Assembly: GCA_964634935.1 (NCBI GenBank)
Contig: CAZWJT010000003.1
Span: forward strand, 116,323 to 180,322
Source of the DNA: an uncultured Planctomycetia bacterium
GTDB taxonomy: Bacteria; Omnitrophota; Gorgyraeia; Duberdicusellales; Duberdicusellaceae
Direction: 5' to 3'
DNA length: 64,000 nucleotides
Part shown: piece after piece, positions 19,288 to 27,424 of the stretch
How the letters are laid out: each line of letters opens with the position of its first letter
How positions within the stretch are numbered: position 1 is the stretch's first letter
Program-made: the position numbers and the translations under genes
Notes under the pieces: model-generated
Databases searched by the model: none
What the model was told of the DNA's origin: nothing
The model's input: only the letters and a program-made list of their open reading frames with translations

Positions 19288-19946
19288 GAAAAAAGGGAAT
19301 TTGTAAAAGAGAAAAAGTACTCATCACCGCGGGAGCTACGTGGGTTCGGATCGATCATGTCCGGTGTCTCACGAATCTTGCGCGGGGATTGACCGGGTAT
19401 CGTCTGGCAAGATACTTTGCTCAACGTGGATATCAGGTTACATTGCTTTTAGGCCCGACCGAGTTTGAACCGATTTCTTCCAAAAACTTAATGCTCCGTC
19501 GATTTCGTTATTATCGAGACTTAGAAAAAATTCTTCGTCGTGAGCTTTCCCGAAAACGATACGCGATAATCATCCACTCAGCAGCTGTTTCGGATTATGC
19601 TCCGCGGAGAATATATTCCGGGAAGATTTCTTCCAAAAAAGAGCTTTTGCTGAAGCTTACGCCATTGCCAAAACTGCTTCCGATGATCCGAAGGCACGCT
19701 CCTGCTGCGGTCTTAGTCCAATTTAAACTCGAGAATACGGCAAACAAAAAAGATCTCTATGGGGCTGCTCTCCAGAGCTTGCGAAGAAATAAGACGGATT
19801 TTGTCGTAGCCAACTCGCTGAAAGATATTGAAAACGGGGATTATACGCGGTATATTATGGATGCGACTGGCAATAGAATTGTGGCTTTCGGCGGTGAGCT
19901 TCCTCGAAAGCTTCTGAGGGTTATTCAGGAACGAATGCGATCGTAA
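19284..19946 (+). CDS. coaB: Phosphopantothenate-cysteine ligase (CoaB domain, stand-alone)
   Basis: KVLITAGATWVRIDHVRCLTNLARGLTGYRLA matches the CoaB nucleotide-binding region. 220 aa. ATGA-type overlap. Confidence 0.75.
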   Translation: MRKKGICKREKVLITAGATWVRIDHVRCLTNLARGLTGYRLARYFAQRGYQVTLLLGPTEFEPISSKNLMLRRFRYYRDLEKILRRELSRKRYAIIIHSAAVSDYAPRRIYSGKISSKKELLLKLTPLPKLLPMIRRHAPAAVLVQFKLENTANKKDLYGAALQSLRRNKTDFVVANSLKDIENGDYTRYIMDATGNRIVAFGGELPRKLLRVIQERMRS

Positions 19947-20500
19947 TGCCGAAAAAAGATAAAAATATACTTTTAGGAGTGACATCGAGTGTTGCTCTCT
20001 ACAAAAGCTGCGAGCTTGTTCGTCTTTTGCGGAAAGACGGTTTCGCAGTGAAAGTAGTGATGACGCCTGCATCGACCAAGCTTATTACCCCGTATCTTTT
20101 TGAGACGCTGAGTCAGAATCCGGTTTACTGTGAGATGTTTGCTCATACGCAGGAGTATTCTATTGAGCACATTGCGCTTGCTGAATGGGCTTCAGTATGT
20201 GTTGTGGCTCCTTGTACCTTGGCAACACTTTCAAAACTTGCCACGGGAGTCTGCGACAATCTATTAACGACCACCGTCTTTTCTTTTAATGCCGAGAAAA
20301 AAATCCTGCTTGCTCCTGCAATGAATACCGAGATGTGGAAGAATCCTGTTACCCAGGACAATCTGGATGTCCTGCGGCGGAATAAGCGCGTTGTTCTTGT
20401 TGGTCCGGCAAAAGGTCCTTTGGCTTGTGGCGTTTCTGGAACGGGGAGGATGGCCGAGCCAAGGGAAATTCTGTCTGCGATAAAAGCGATTTTAGCATAA
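19946..20500 (+). CDS. coaC: Phosphopantothenoylcysteine decarboxylase flavoprotein (CoaC domain, stand-alone)
   Basis: [21 protein letters not shown]..., PAMNTEMW, flavoprotein family. Encoded after coaB rather than fused N-terminally. Confidence 0.75.
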   Translation: MPKKDKNILLGVTSSVALYKSCELVRLLRKDGFAVKVVMTPASTKLITPYLFETLSQNPVYCEMFAHTQEYSIEHIALAEWASVCVVAPCTLATLSKLATGVCDNLLTTTVFSFNAEKKILLAPAMNTEMWKNPVTQDNLDVLRRNKRVVLVGPAKGPLACGVSGTGRMAEPREILSAIKAILA

Positions 20501-20967
20501 TGAAGTGCCCATTCTGCGGGTTGAATACTGACAAGGTTGTGGATTCGCGGGAAACGGCGGATTCTTCCGCTGTGCGCAGGCGGAGAGAGTGTCTCAAATG
20601 CAAAAAACGATTTACCACCTATGAATATGTAGAAAAAATTCCTCTGATGGTTGTAAAAAAAGACGGTAGACGCGAAGCATTTAGCCGAGAAAAGATTCTT
20701 GCTGGACTTCTCAAGGCCTGCCAAAAACGCCCGGTAGGCCTTGAAGAACTTAGCAAGGTAGCCTATTCGATAGAGCAACAGCTCCTTGATCGGAACAAGC
20801 AAGAAGTTTCTTCCGAAGAAATTGGTGAATTTGTCATGAAGCATCTCGACAAGATCGATGCTGTCGCTTATGTAAGATTTGCTTCAGTGTATCGGCAATT
20901 TAAAGATGTGAATGAATTCATGAAAGAGTTAAAAATCCTTTTGGATAAGCGAGGGTGGAAGAAATGA
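20500..20967 (+). CDS. nrdR: Transcriptional repressor NrdR (Zn-ribbon + ATP-cone)
   Basis: MKCPFCG...DKVVDSRE...[21 protein letters not shown] overlap with the coaC stop. Confidence 0.9.
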   Translation: MKCPFCGLNTDKVVDSRETADSSAVRRRRECLKCKKRFTTYEYVEKIPLMVVKKDGRREAFSREKILAGLLKACQKRPVGLEELSKVAYSIEQQLLDRNKQEVSSEEIGEFVMKHLDKIDAVAYVRFASVYRQFKDVNEFMKELKILLDKRGWKK

Positions 20968-21362
20968 TCGAGGTAGAGCTTGCCCGCATTTTAATCGATG
21001 AAGCTAAGGCAGAGCAGGTGATTGTTCTGAAAGATAAAACCCAAGAGAGGTTCTTGCCTATTGTGATCGGTATCAACGAGGCTCTGGCGATTCGAATGAA
21101 ATTGAGCGGCGTTAAACCTCCGAGGCCCCTTACGCATGATCTCATTGTGTCTCTGCTTGCGCATCTTGAGGCAGCGGTCAAAAAAATCATTATTGATAAT
21201 ATTGAAGAAGGGACTTTTTTTGCCAAACTTATCGTCGAAGCAAAAGACGGGGTAACCAAAATCGTTGATTCACGGCCTTCCGACGCAGTTGCATTGGCAG
21301 TGCGTTTGGGGGTCCCATTGTTTGTTGAAGAAGAGGTATTCCAGAAGTCAAACCAACGGTAA
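20964..21362 (+). CDS. Bifunctional nuclease (BFN/DUF151) family protein
   Basis: [20 protein letters not shown]...PRPLTHDL...FAKLIV...[21 protein letters not shown] is the DUF151 pattern. Start is the ATG at 20964 (ATGA overlap with nrdR). Confidence 0.7.
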   Translation: MIEVELARILIDEAKAEQVIVLKDKTQERFLPIVIGINEALAIRMKLSGVKPPRPLTHDLIVSLLAHLEAAVKKIIIDNIEEGTFFAKLIVEAKDGVTKIVDSRPSDAVALAVRLGVPLFVEEEVFQKSNQR

Positions 21363-21364
21363 CA

Positions 21365-21823
21365 ATGCGTATTGGTATTCTTGCTGATACGCACGACAAC
21401 ATCCCAAGAATCCAAGAGGCGATAGCGTTCTTTATGCAGCAGGGAATCGAAATGATGCTGCATGCTGGTGATTTCATAGCTCCGTTCTCAGTCAAAATTC
21501 TCAATACAGTAGAGTGTGAATGGCGTGGGGTTTTTGGAAATAATGACGGGGAACGGGATGGCCTTCAAAGAATATCCAGGGGAAAGATTGTTCCTGGTCC
21601 TTTATTGCTGACTCTTGGCGGAAAAACAATTGCCCTGATGCATGATTATCAAAAAACAGATTCTGATATTATCATTTGCGGGCATACCCATACTCCTCAA
21701 ATTACTGAGAAAAATTTACAGCTTTTGCTCAACCCCGGAGAGGCGTGCGGCTGGGTATCCGGGAAAGCAACGGTTGCTTTACTTGATACCGAAACTATGA
21801 AAGCAGAAATAGTCTCTATTTAA
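21365..21823 (+). CDS. YfcE/MJ0936-family metallophosphoesterase
   Basis: MRIGILADTHDN, HAGDF, GNNDGE, ICGHTHTP metal-binding motifs. Confidence 0.8.
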   Translation: MRIGILADTHDNIPRIQEAIAFFMQQGIEMMLHAGDFIAPFSVKILNTVECEWRGVFGNNDGERDGLQRISRGKIVPGPLLLTLGGKTIALMHDYQKTDSDIIICGHTHTPQITEKNLQLLLNPGEACGWVSGKATVALLDTETMKAEIVSI

Positions 21824-21826
21824 ACA

Positions 21827-23266
21827 ATGCTTCTTGAGAAAATTTTTAAAGCCATTCCCTACTTTTCTGTTCTGCAGAGAACCGCACGTGAACATCAACT
21901 TGAAGTCTGGCTTGTTGGCGGGTGCATCCGTGATGCCATCCTCGGTTTTCCTAAGGGGAGTGATTTTGATTTTGTTGTCTCAAGCGACGTCGAGCGTTTC
22001 ACCGCTGATTTCTCCCGGAACATCCATGGGCGCCTTGTCATTCTTGATAAAGAGCTAAGAAATATTCGGATAGTAAAAGTCCATAGCCAGGATACCTATC
22101 ATTTTGATTTCAGCGTATTGCGCAGTTCGAATCTTTTCAAAGATCTTGCCGAACGTGATCTCAGTATTAACGCTCTTGCTATCGATATCCATGATCAACA
22201 GGGCAGGATCATTGATCCCACGGGGGGAATCGCTGACATTTTTCAGAAGAAACTCAGGTTTATTTCGGAAAAAAACATTTGCGATGATCCGTTGCGGATT
22301 CTGCGTATCTTTTCATTCGCCGCTCGTCTAGGATTTTCTATCGTTCCACAATCACGCAAGTGGGTTAAGCTTCATAAAAAGAAAATTTTTTCCGTATCCG
22401 CGGAACGGATCCATGAAGAACTTTGTAAGATTCTGCGTACCCATCGGACGCCGCAGGTATTCCAAATGATGGATAGCACTGGGGTGCTGTCGGTTCTGAT
22501 CCCCGAGTGGCGCAGATTACAAGGCGTACGTCAGGGAGGATATCATCATCTCGACGTGCGCAACCACTCGCAGGCAACCCTGGAGAATCTGGAAGAAATT
22601 TTGCGGAAGGAATATTTATTCCCTGCCTTAAAGGAATTTCTTGCAGAGTCTGTTTCCCGGGAGCTCTCCCGCGAGCATCTTCTGAAAATAGGAGCTTTAC
22701 TCCATGATATTGGAAAACCGAAAGCCAAGAGGCGCACAAAAAAACGAGTTACATTTTACAGCCATGAGAAGATCGGCCGAGATATGCTTGAGGTTATCCT
22801 GAAGCGGCTTGCTTTCTCCAATAAAGAGATAGAGTTTTTGAAAACCGTCGTTTTTTTTCACTTACGACCTGGTTATCTTGCTGAAGCAAGTCCGCTTTCT
22901 CGCAAGGCCGTCTTCCGTTTTTTTCGAAGCAGTGATCCGGAGGGACCATCGGTGCTTTTTCTTGCCTGCGCTGATTTGGCCGCCACGAAAGGACGGCATT
23001 TTCCCGCTCATCTGCATAGGAAGTCAAAGAATCTTTTCTGGAAGCTCCTTCGCGGTTATTTTCGGGAGAAAAAAAGGAAATCATTCCCGCGTTTCGTAAA
23101 TGGGCATGATATTATGAAATCCTGCGGCATATCGCCTTCGCCCCTTGTAGGCAAGACTTTGTTTTACTTGGAGGAGTTGCAGCATTTAGGGAAGATTAAG
23201 AACCGGAAAGAGGCAATGACTGCCGCGGCAACATTTGTAAAAAAACATGCAACTGAAGAATGCTGA
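21827..23266 (+). CDS. cca: CCA-adding tRNA nucleotidyltransferase with C-terminal HD domain
   Basis: Pol-beta NTase head (WLVGGCIRDAILG..DFDFV), RILRIFSFAARLGF, and an HD domain (GGYHHLDV, LLHDIGK). Confidence 0.85.
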   Translation: MLLEKIFKAIPYFSVLQRTAREHQLEVWLVGGCIRDAILGFPKGSDFDFVVSSDVERFTADFSRNIHGRLVILDKELRNIRIVKVHSQDTYHFDFSVLRSSNLFKDLAERDLSINALAIDIHDQQGRIIDPTGGIADIFQKKLRFISEKNICDDPLRILRIFSFAARLGFSIVPQSRKWVKLHKKKIFSVSAERIHEELCKILRTHRTPQVFQMMDSTGVLSVLIPEWRRLQGVRQGGYHHLDVRNHSQATLENLEEILRKEYLFPALKEFLAESVSRELSREHLLKIGALLHDIGKPKAKRRTKKRVTFYSHEKIGRDMLEVILKRLAFSNKEIEFLKTVVFFHLRPGYLAEASPLSRKAVFRFFRSSDPEGPSVLFLACADLAATKGRHFPAHLHRKSKNLFWKLLRGYFREKKRKSFPRFVNGHDIMKSCGISPSPLVGKTLFYLEELQHLGKIKNRKEAMTAAATFVKKHATEEC

Positions 23267-24185
23267 AATAACAGTCTTTCAGGGCGATATTACTGAGCTT
23301 CGGGTTGATGCGATTGTGAACGCGGCGAACAATCATTTTTTTATGGGAGGAGGAGTAGCAAAGGCTATCAAGCAGAAAGGCGGAGTCACGATAGAGGAAG
23401 AAGCTGTGCGTCAAGGACCGGTTGCTATCGGTGAATCAAGACTCACCGGAGGAGGAAAACTTCCGGCGCGCTTTGTTATCCATGCTGTGACGATGGGTAT
23501 GGATTTTAGGACAAGCGAACTTTTTATCCGGCAAGCTGCGTCTTCAGCGCTTCGGTGTGCCCATGCACATAACATTTGTTCGCTTGCATTCTGCGCTCTC
23601 GGCTGTGGTGTGGGAGGTTTTTCCTATAAAGATTCAGCAAAGATTATTGCCCAGGAGATCTACAGATATTTTTTAACTGAAAGGTCTCCAGTGCTTCAGA
23701 AAATTATTTTGGTCCTTTTTTCACCGGAAGCGTTTCAAGATTTTCGAAAATATGGGGAGGGGTATTTACAGTATATGAAAGAGAAGATGGCGCAAGGCCC
23801 ATTTGTGACCGTCGATGGAATTGTTCTCTATCAAGACGGGATAGTACTTATTGAACGATTGAATCCTCCCTTGGGCTGGGCTTTGCCGGGAGGGTTTGTT
23901 GATTATGGTGAAAGCGTGGAAGACGCGGTGATACGCGAAATCAAAGAAGAAACGAATCTGGATTTTTACGACTATAAGCAGTTTCGTGTTTTTTCATCTC
24001 CGAAGCGTGATCCCCGATTCCACACGATTTCGGTAGTTTTTTCGGGGCAAGCGAAAGGTTGTTTATCAGCTGCCTCTGATGCGCGTTCAGCAAAGGTTTT
24101 TCCTTATCATAATCTTCCCGATGCTATAGCCTTTGACCATAAGGAAATCATCGAGGCCTACAAAACGTCCATCGGTATACCGTAG
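23247..24185 (+). CDS. Macro domain (ADP-ribose binding/processing) fused to Nudix hydrolase
   Basis: Macro N-terminal half (TVFQGDITELRVDAIVNAANNHFFMGGGVAKAIK). Nudix box GGFVDYGESVEDAVIREIKEETNL in the C-terminal half. Confidence 0.8.
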   Translation: MQLKNAEITVFQGDITELRVDAIVNAANNHFFMGGGVAKAIKQKGGVTIEEEAVRQGPVAIGESRLTGGGKLPARFVIHAVTMGMDFRTSELFIRQAASSALRCAHAHNICSLAFCALGCGVGGFSYKDSAKIIAQEIYRYFLTERSPVLQKIILVLFSPEAFQDFRKYGEGYLQYMKEKMAQGPFVTVDGIVLYQDGIVLIERLNPPLGWALPGGFVDYGESVEDAVIREIKEETNLDFYDYKQFRVFSSPKRDPRFHTISVVFSGQAKGCLSAASDARSAKVFPYHNLPDAIAFDHKEIIEAYKTSIGIP

Positions 24186-24298
24186 AATCGAGCGCTATGG
24201 TTTTTCAATCTGCTTTTGTGATAAAGTTTTGCTAGAATGGATCCCATTTTTAATGGCATGATCGGACACTCAGATAAGAATCCAGAAAATCCCCTATC

Positions 24299-27200
24299 GT
24301 GAGTTTGACTCAAAAACCTTCCGTCACGGTTGTTGAAGCCTCTGCGGGCTCAGGTAAGACGTATGCTTTAGCTCAGCAGTATCTTACTCTTTTACTGAGT
24401 CCAGATTTTGCTTCACAAAAAATAATTCTCCGGAGCATACTCGCAATTACCTTCACGAATAAGGCAATGATCGAGATGAAAGAGCGGATTCTTGAGTTAC
24501 TCAAGAAGCTAGCGCTTGGCCAGTTTTCTTCGGTCCAAGAGGAACGCAATCTTTTGGAAAAGATCGGACTTAAAAAAGAGCAGGCCCAGCAGAGCGCCAG
24601 CCAAATCATCGAAATGATCATCGCTCACTATAATTTTTTCCAAATTCAGACGATTGATAGTTTTGTCAACGCCTTACTCTCTGGATGTGCTTTTTCTATC
24701 GGCCGCTCAGCAAGCTTCCGCATCAGGAAAGATTATGCCAAAGAACTTTCCTATTGCCTTGATTTGGTCATTGAAGAAGCGTTGGTGAACAAAGAGATTT
24801 ATAATTTTTTTGAGGAATTCCTTGAGCATTACCTTTTTGTGGAAAACCGGATGAGCTGGTTTCCCAAAAAAGATATCATCCGTCTGATGCATTCATTTTT
24901 TACCCTGGGAAATAGATCCGGGAGATTTTTTAAACTTTCATCCGGAGAAAGCGCTACAGTTATAAAATTAAAGAAGCGTATTTTTTCCCAAATCCGCGAT
25001 TTCCTCGGTTCTATTCCCGAAGGGTTCAATATACGAGAAAAAAACTCCATCAAAACATTTGTCGAGGAGAGTAAGGATATTTTTGACATTAGCGATCTGC
25101 CCGGGGTGTTCAAGAAGGAGAGCATGCCGTTTCATAAGGACAAAAGTCCGGATAGTTCTTTATTAAGGAAATGGATATCACTGCGGGCGGAACTTGTGAG
25201 GCTCATGGAACTCGATTCGACAGTATTCTACAATCCCTATATTAAACTTTTTGCGCTCCTGTCCGGTTTTCTCGAAACATTTTCTCAGCGCGAAGACGTA
25301 CTTTTCCTCGAAGAGCTTAACCGGACCGCACAGAAGCTTTTTGATCCAGGAGGGATTAGCTTGGCAGAAATTTACTATCGGCTTGCCTTGCGGTTTCGCC
25401 ACTACTTGATCGATGAATTTCAAGATACGAGTATTTTACAATGGGAGAATTTCCGGGTGATGGTCGAAGAGGCTCTCGCTACCGGGGGGAGTCTTTTTTA
25501 CGTGGGAGACAAGAAGCAAGCAATCTATCGTTTTCGAGGTGGCGAGGTGGGGTTGTTTGATGCCGTTGCCCGGCAATTTTCTTGTTTTTCTGTTACTCGG
25601 ATGTCTCTTACGAAAAATTATCGTAGCCAAAAAACCATAGTGGAATTCAATAACTGTATTTTTGCTCCAGAGAATCTGGAGAGATTTCTGCAGGAAGCTC
25701 AGATACAGGAAGAGCTCGCGTGCCTCTCTGGTGCCCAGAAGGAAATACTCGATATTTTCTCTGATGCCAGCCAGATTCCCCAAGAAGAAAATTCTCAAGG
25801 GTATGTTTCAGTTCAACATATTACTGAATCCACGCATACCGAACGCGATCAATTGATTCGGTCAAAAATTACTCACCTTCTTTCGGAGCTTTCCAGCCGT
25901 TTTCATTCTCGGGATATTGCTTTTCTTTGCCGGGATAATAACGAAGTCGAATTAGTCAGCTCTTGGCTTCTGGAGGCTGGATTTTCCGTGGAATCAGAGA
26001 AAACTTTGAATATTACCGAGAATTTTCTGGTGAAAGAAGTCGTCCTTTTCTTAAAATTTTTGCATTCCCCGGTTGATGATCTGAGTTTTGCTGGTTTTAT
26101 CAGGAGTAGTTTTTTTTGCCAGGCTGCCGGTGTTTCAGAAAATGAGATTGCTGATTTTATTTTTCGATCTCACGCATGCGCAATGTTTCCTGCTCAAGCT
26201 CTGTACCGATTATTCCGGAAGAATTACTCGGTGATTTGGGAAAACTATATCGAGGAGTTTTTCAAAAAGGTTGGATTTATTTCCGTCTACGAACTCGTGG
26301 TTAGCATCTGTTGGCGTTTTTCCATTACCAGCATATTTCCGAATGAACAGGCGTTTCTTATGGGATTTCTTGAGATCATTCAAGAAAAGGAAGATGAGTA
26401 TGTCGATCTTGGGGGATTTTTGGATTATTTAGAGAGCTTGCCAGTCGAGAGTAAATACTTGAATGGTTTGGTTTCCGATTCGATAAAGGTACTCACCATT
26501 CATAAATCAAAAGGGCTCGAATTCCCGGTTGTTGTCATCCCATTTCTGCGTATGGAAATTAATCCTGAAAGTACAAGCCACGATGCCGCCGCATTTATTG
26601 ATGAGCATGTTCTCGCCGAATTTGGTCTGATGCGTATTACTAAGGTACACCGGGCCTATTCACCTCTGCTCCAGAAGATTTATGCCGAGGCTTACAAGAA
26701 AGCCTGTGTGGATGAATTGAATGCTCTTTACGTCGCGCTTACCCGGGCCCAGCGCGAGCTGTATATTTTTATCCCGCCAAAAAGCGGCAGGAGTAATAAC
26801 AAGGCTATTTTTCTTATGCCGAAAGAAAAGCTTGAGTATGGAACAAAAGTAGTTTATCCGGATCGTAAGAAATCCCAGGCACAGACGCTTTGTTTGGTTG
26901 AGCCTGTTGTTCAATATGACTGGATACATATAGTACAAGGCGAATTTGACAGCTCTGATTTTTTTCTTCGCCGCAACCAAATACAGCAAGGAATTTTACA
27001 GCACATGCTTCTTGCGCAGCTAGGAGACTGCGCCAAAGGGAACCTGAAGTTTACGATCGCTGCCGCTGTCGAGAGCGTTGTTCAACGATATCCCTGGGTG
27101 GATAAGGCTGAGAGCAATGTTTTTCTGGAAAGAATCCTGCATGAGGAAAATCTGCATCAATTTTTCTATCTTTCTTCCGGAGTTGTTTTTTGCGAAAAAG

Positions 27201-27424
27201 AAGTAACCGATGCCCGGGGAGATCTAAAACGTATTGATAGGCTTATTCTTCTCGAACAAGAAGTCTGGATTATCGACTATAAGAGCTCTTTTCAGGAGGA
27301 AGCGGCGCGCCGCAAGCAGATACGTGAATATCGCACAATAATCCAAGCCATGTATTCTGGTTTTCTGGTTCGATGTTTCTTCGTCTACCTCGACAGCTTA
27401 ACCGCTGAGGAATTTCATGGATAA
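24299..27424 (+). CDS. addA: AddA/UvrD-family helicase with C-terminal PD-(D/E)XK nuclease (AddA-like); GTG start
   Basis: Walker A ASAGSGKTY, LIDEFQDTS, YRFRGG; C-terminal nuclease motif VWIIDYKSS. 1041 aa. Confidence 0.8.
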   Translation: MSLTQKPSVTVVEASAGSGKTYALAQQYLTLLLSPDFASQKIILRSILAITFTNKAMIEMKERILELLKKLALGQFSSVQEERNLLEKIGLKKEQAQQSASQIIEMIIAHYNFFQIQTIDSFVNALLSGCAFSIGRSASFRIRKDYAKELSYCLDLVIEEALVNKEIYNFFEEFLEHYLFVENRMSWFPKKDIIRLMHSFFTLGNRSGRFFKLSSGESATVIKLKKRIFSQIRDFLGSIPEGFNIREKNSIKTFVEESKDIFDISDLPGVFKKESMPFHKDKSPDSSLLRKWISLRAELVRLMELDSTVFYNPYIKLFALLSGFLETFSQREDVLFLEELNRTAQKLFDPGGISLAEIYYRLALRFRHYLIDEFQDTSILQWENFRVMVEEALATGGSLFYVGDKKQAIYRFRGGEVGLFDAVARQFSCFSVTRMSLTKNYRSQKTIVEFNNCIFAPENLERFLQEAQIQEELACLSGAQKEILDIFSDASQIPQEENSQGYVSVQHITESTHTERDQLIRSKITHLLSELSSRFHSRDIAFLCRDNNEVELVSSWLLEAGFSVESEKTLNITENFLVKEVVLFLKFLHSPVDDLSFAGFIRSSFFCQAAGVSENEIADFIFRSHACAMFPAQALYRLFRKNYSVIWENYIEEFFKKVGFISVYELVVSICWRFSITSIFPNEQAFLMGFLEIIQEKEDEYVDLGGFLDYLESLPVESKYLNGLVSDSIKVLTIHKSKGLEFPVVVIPFLRMEINPESTSHDAAAFIDEHVLAEFGLMRITKVHRAYSPLLQKIYAEAYKKACVDELNALYVALTRAQRELYIFIPPKSGRSNNKAIFLMPKEKLEYGTKVVYPDRKKSQAQTLCLVEPVVQYDWIHIVQGEFDSSDFFLRRNQIQQGILQHMLLAQLGDCAKGNLKFTIAAAVESVVQRYPWVDKAESNVFLERILHEENLHQFFYLSSGVVFCEKEVTDARGDLKRIDRLILLEQEVWIIDYKSSFQEEAARRKQIREYRTIIQAMYSGFLVRCFFVYLDSLTAEEFHG

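Noticed and set aside
20143-20844. 233 aa minus-strand ORF antisense to coaC/nrdR.
   Set aside because: Low-complexity, Arg/Phe-rich translation with no motif. It fully overlaps two well-supported + strand genes, so it looks like a typical antisense frame artefact.
24201-24238. Candidate promoter upstream of addA (-10 TAGAAT at 24233..24238).
   Set aside because: No acceptable -35 at 16 to 18 bp spacing (TTTGTG would be only 12 bp away). Too weak to call.
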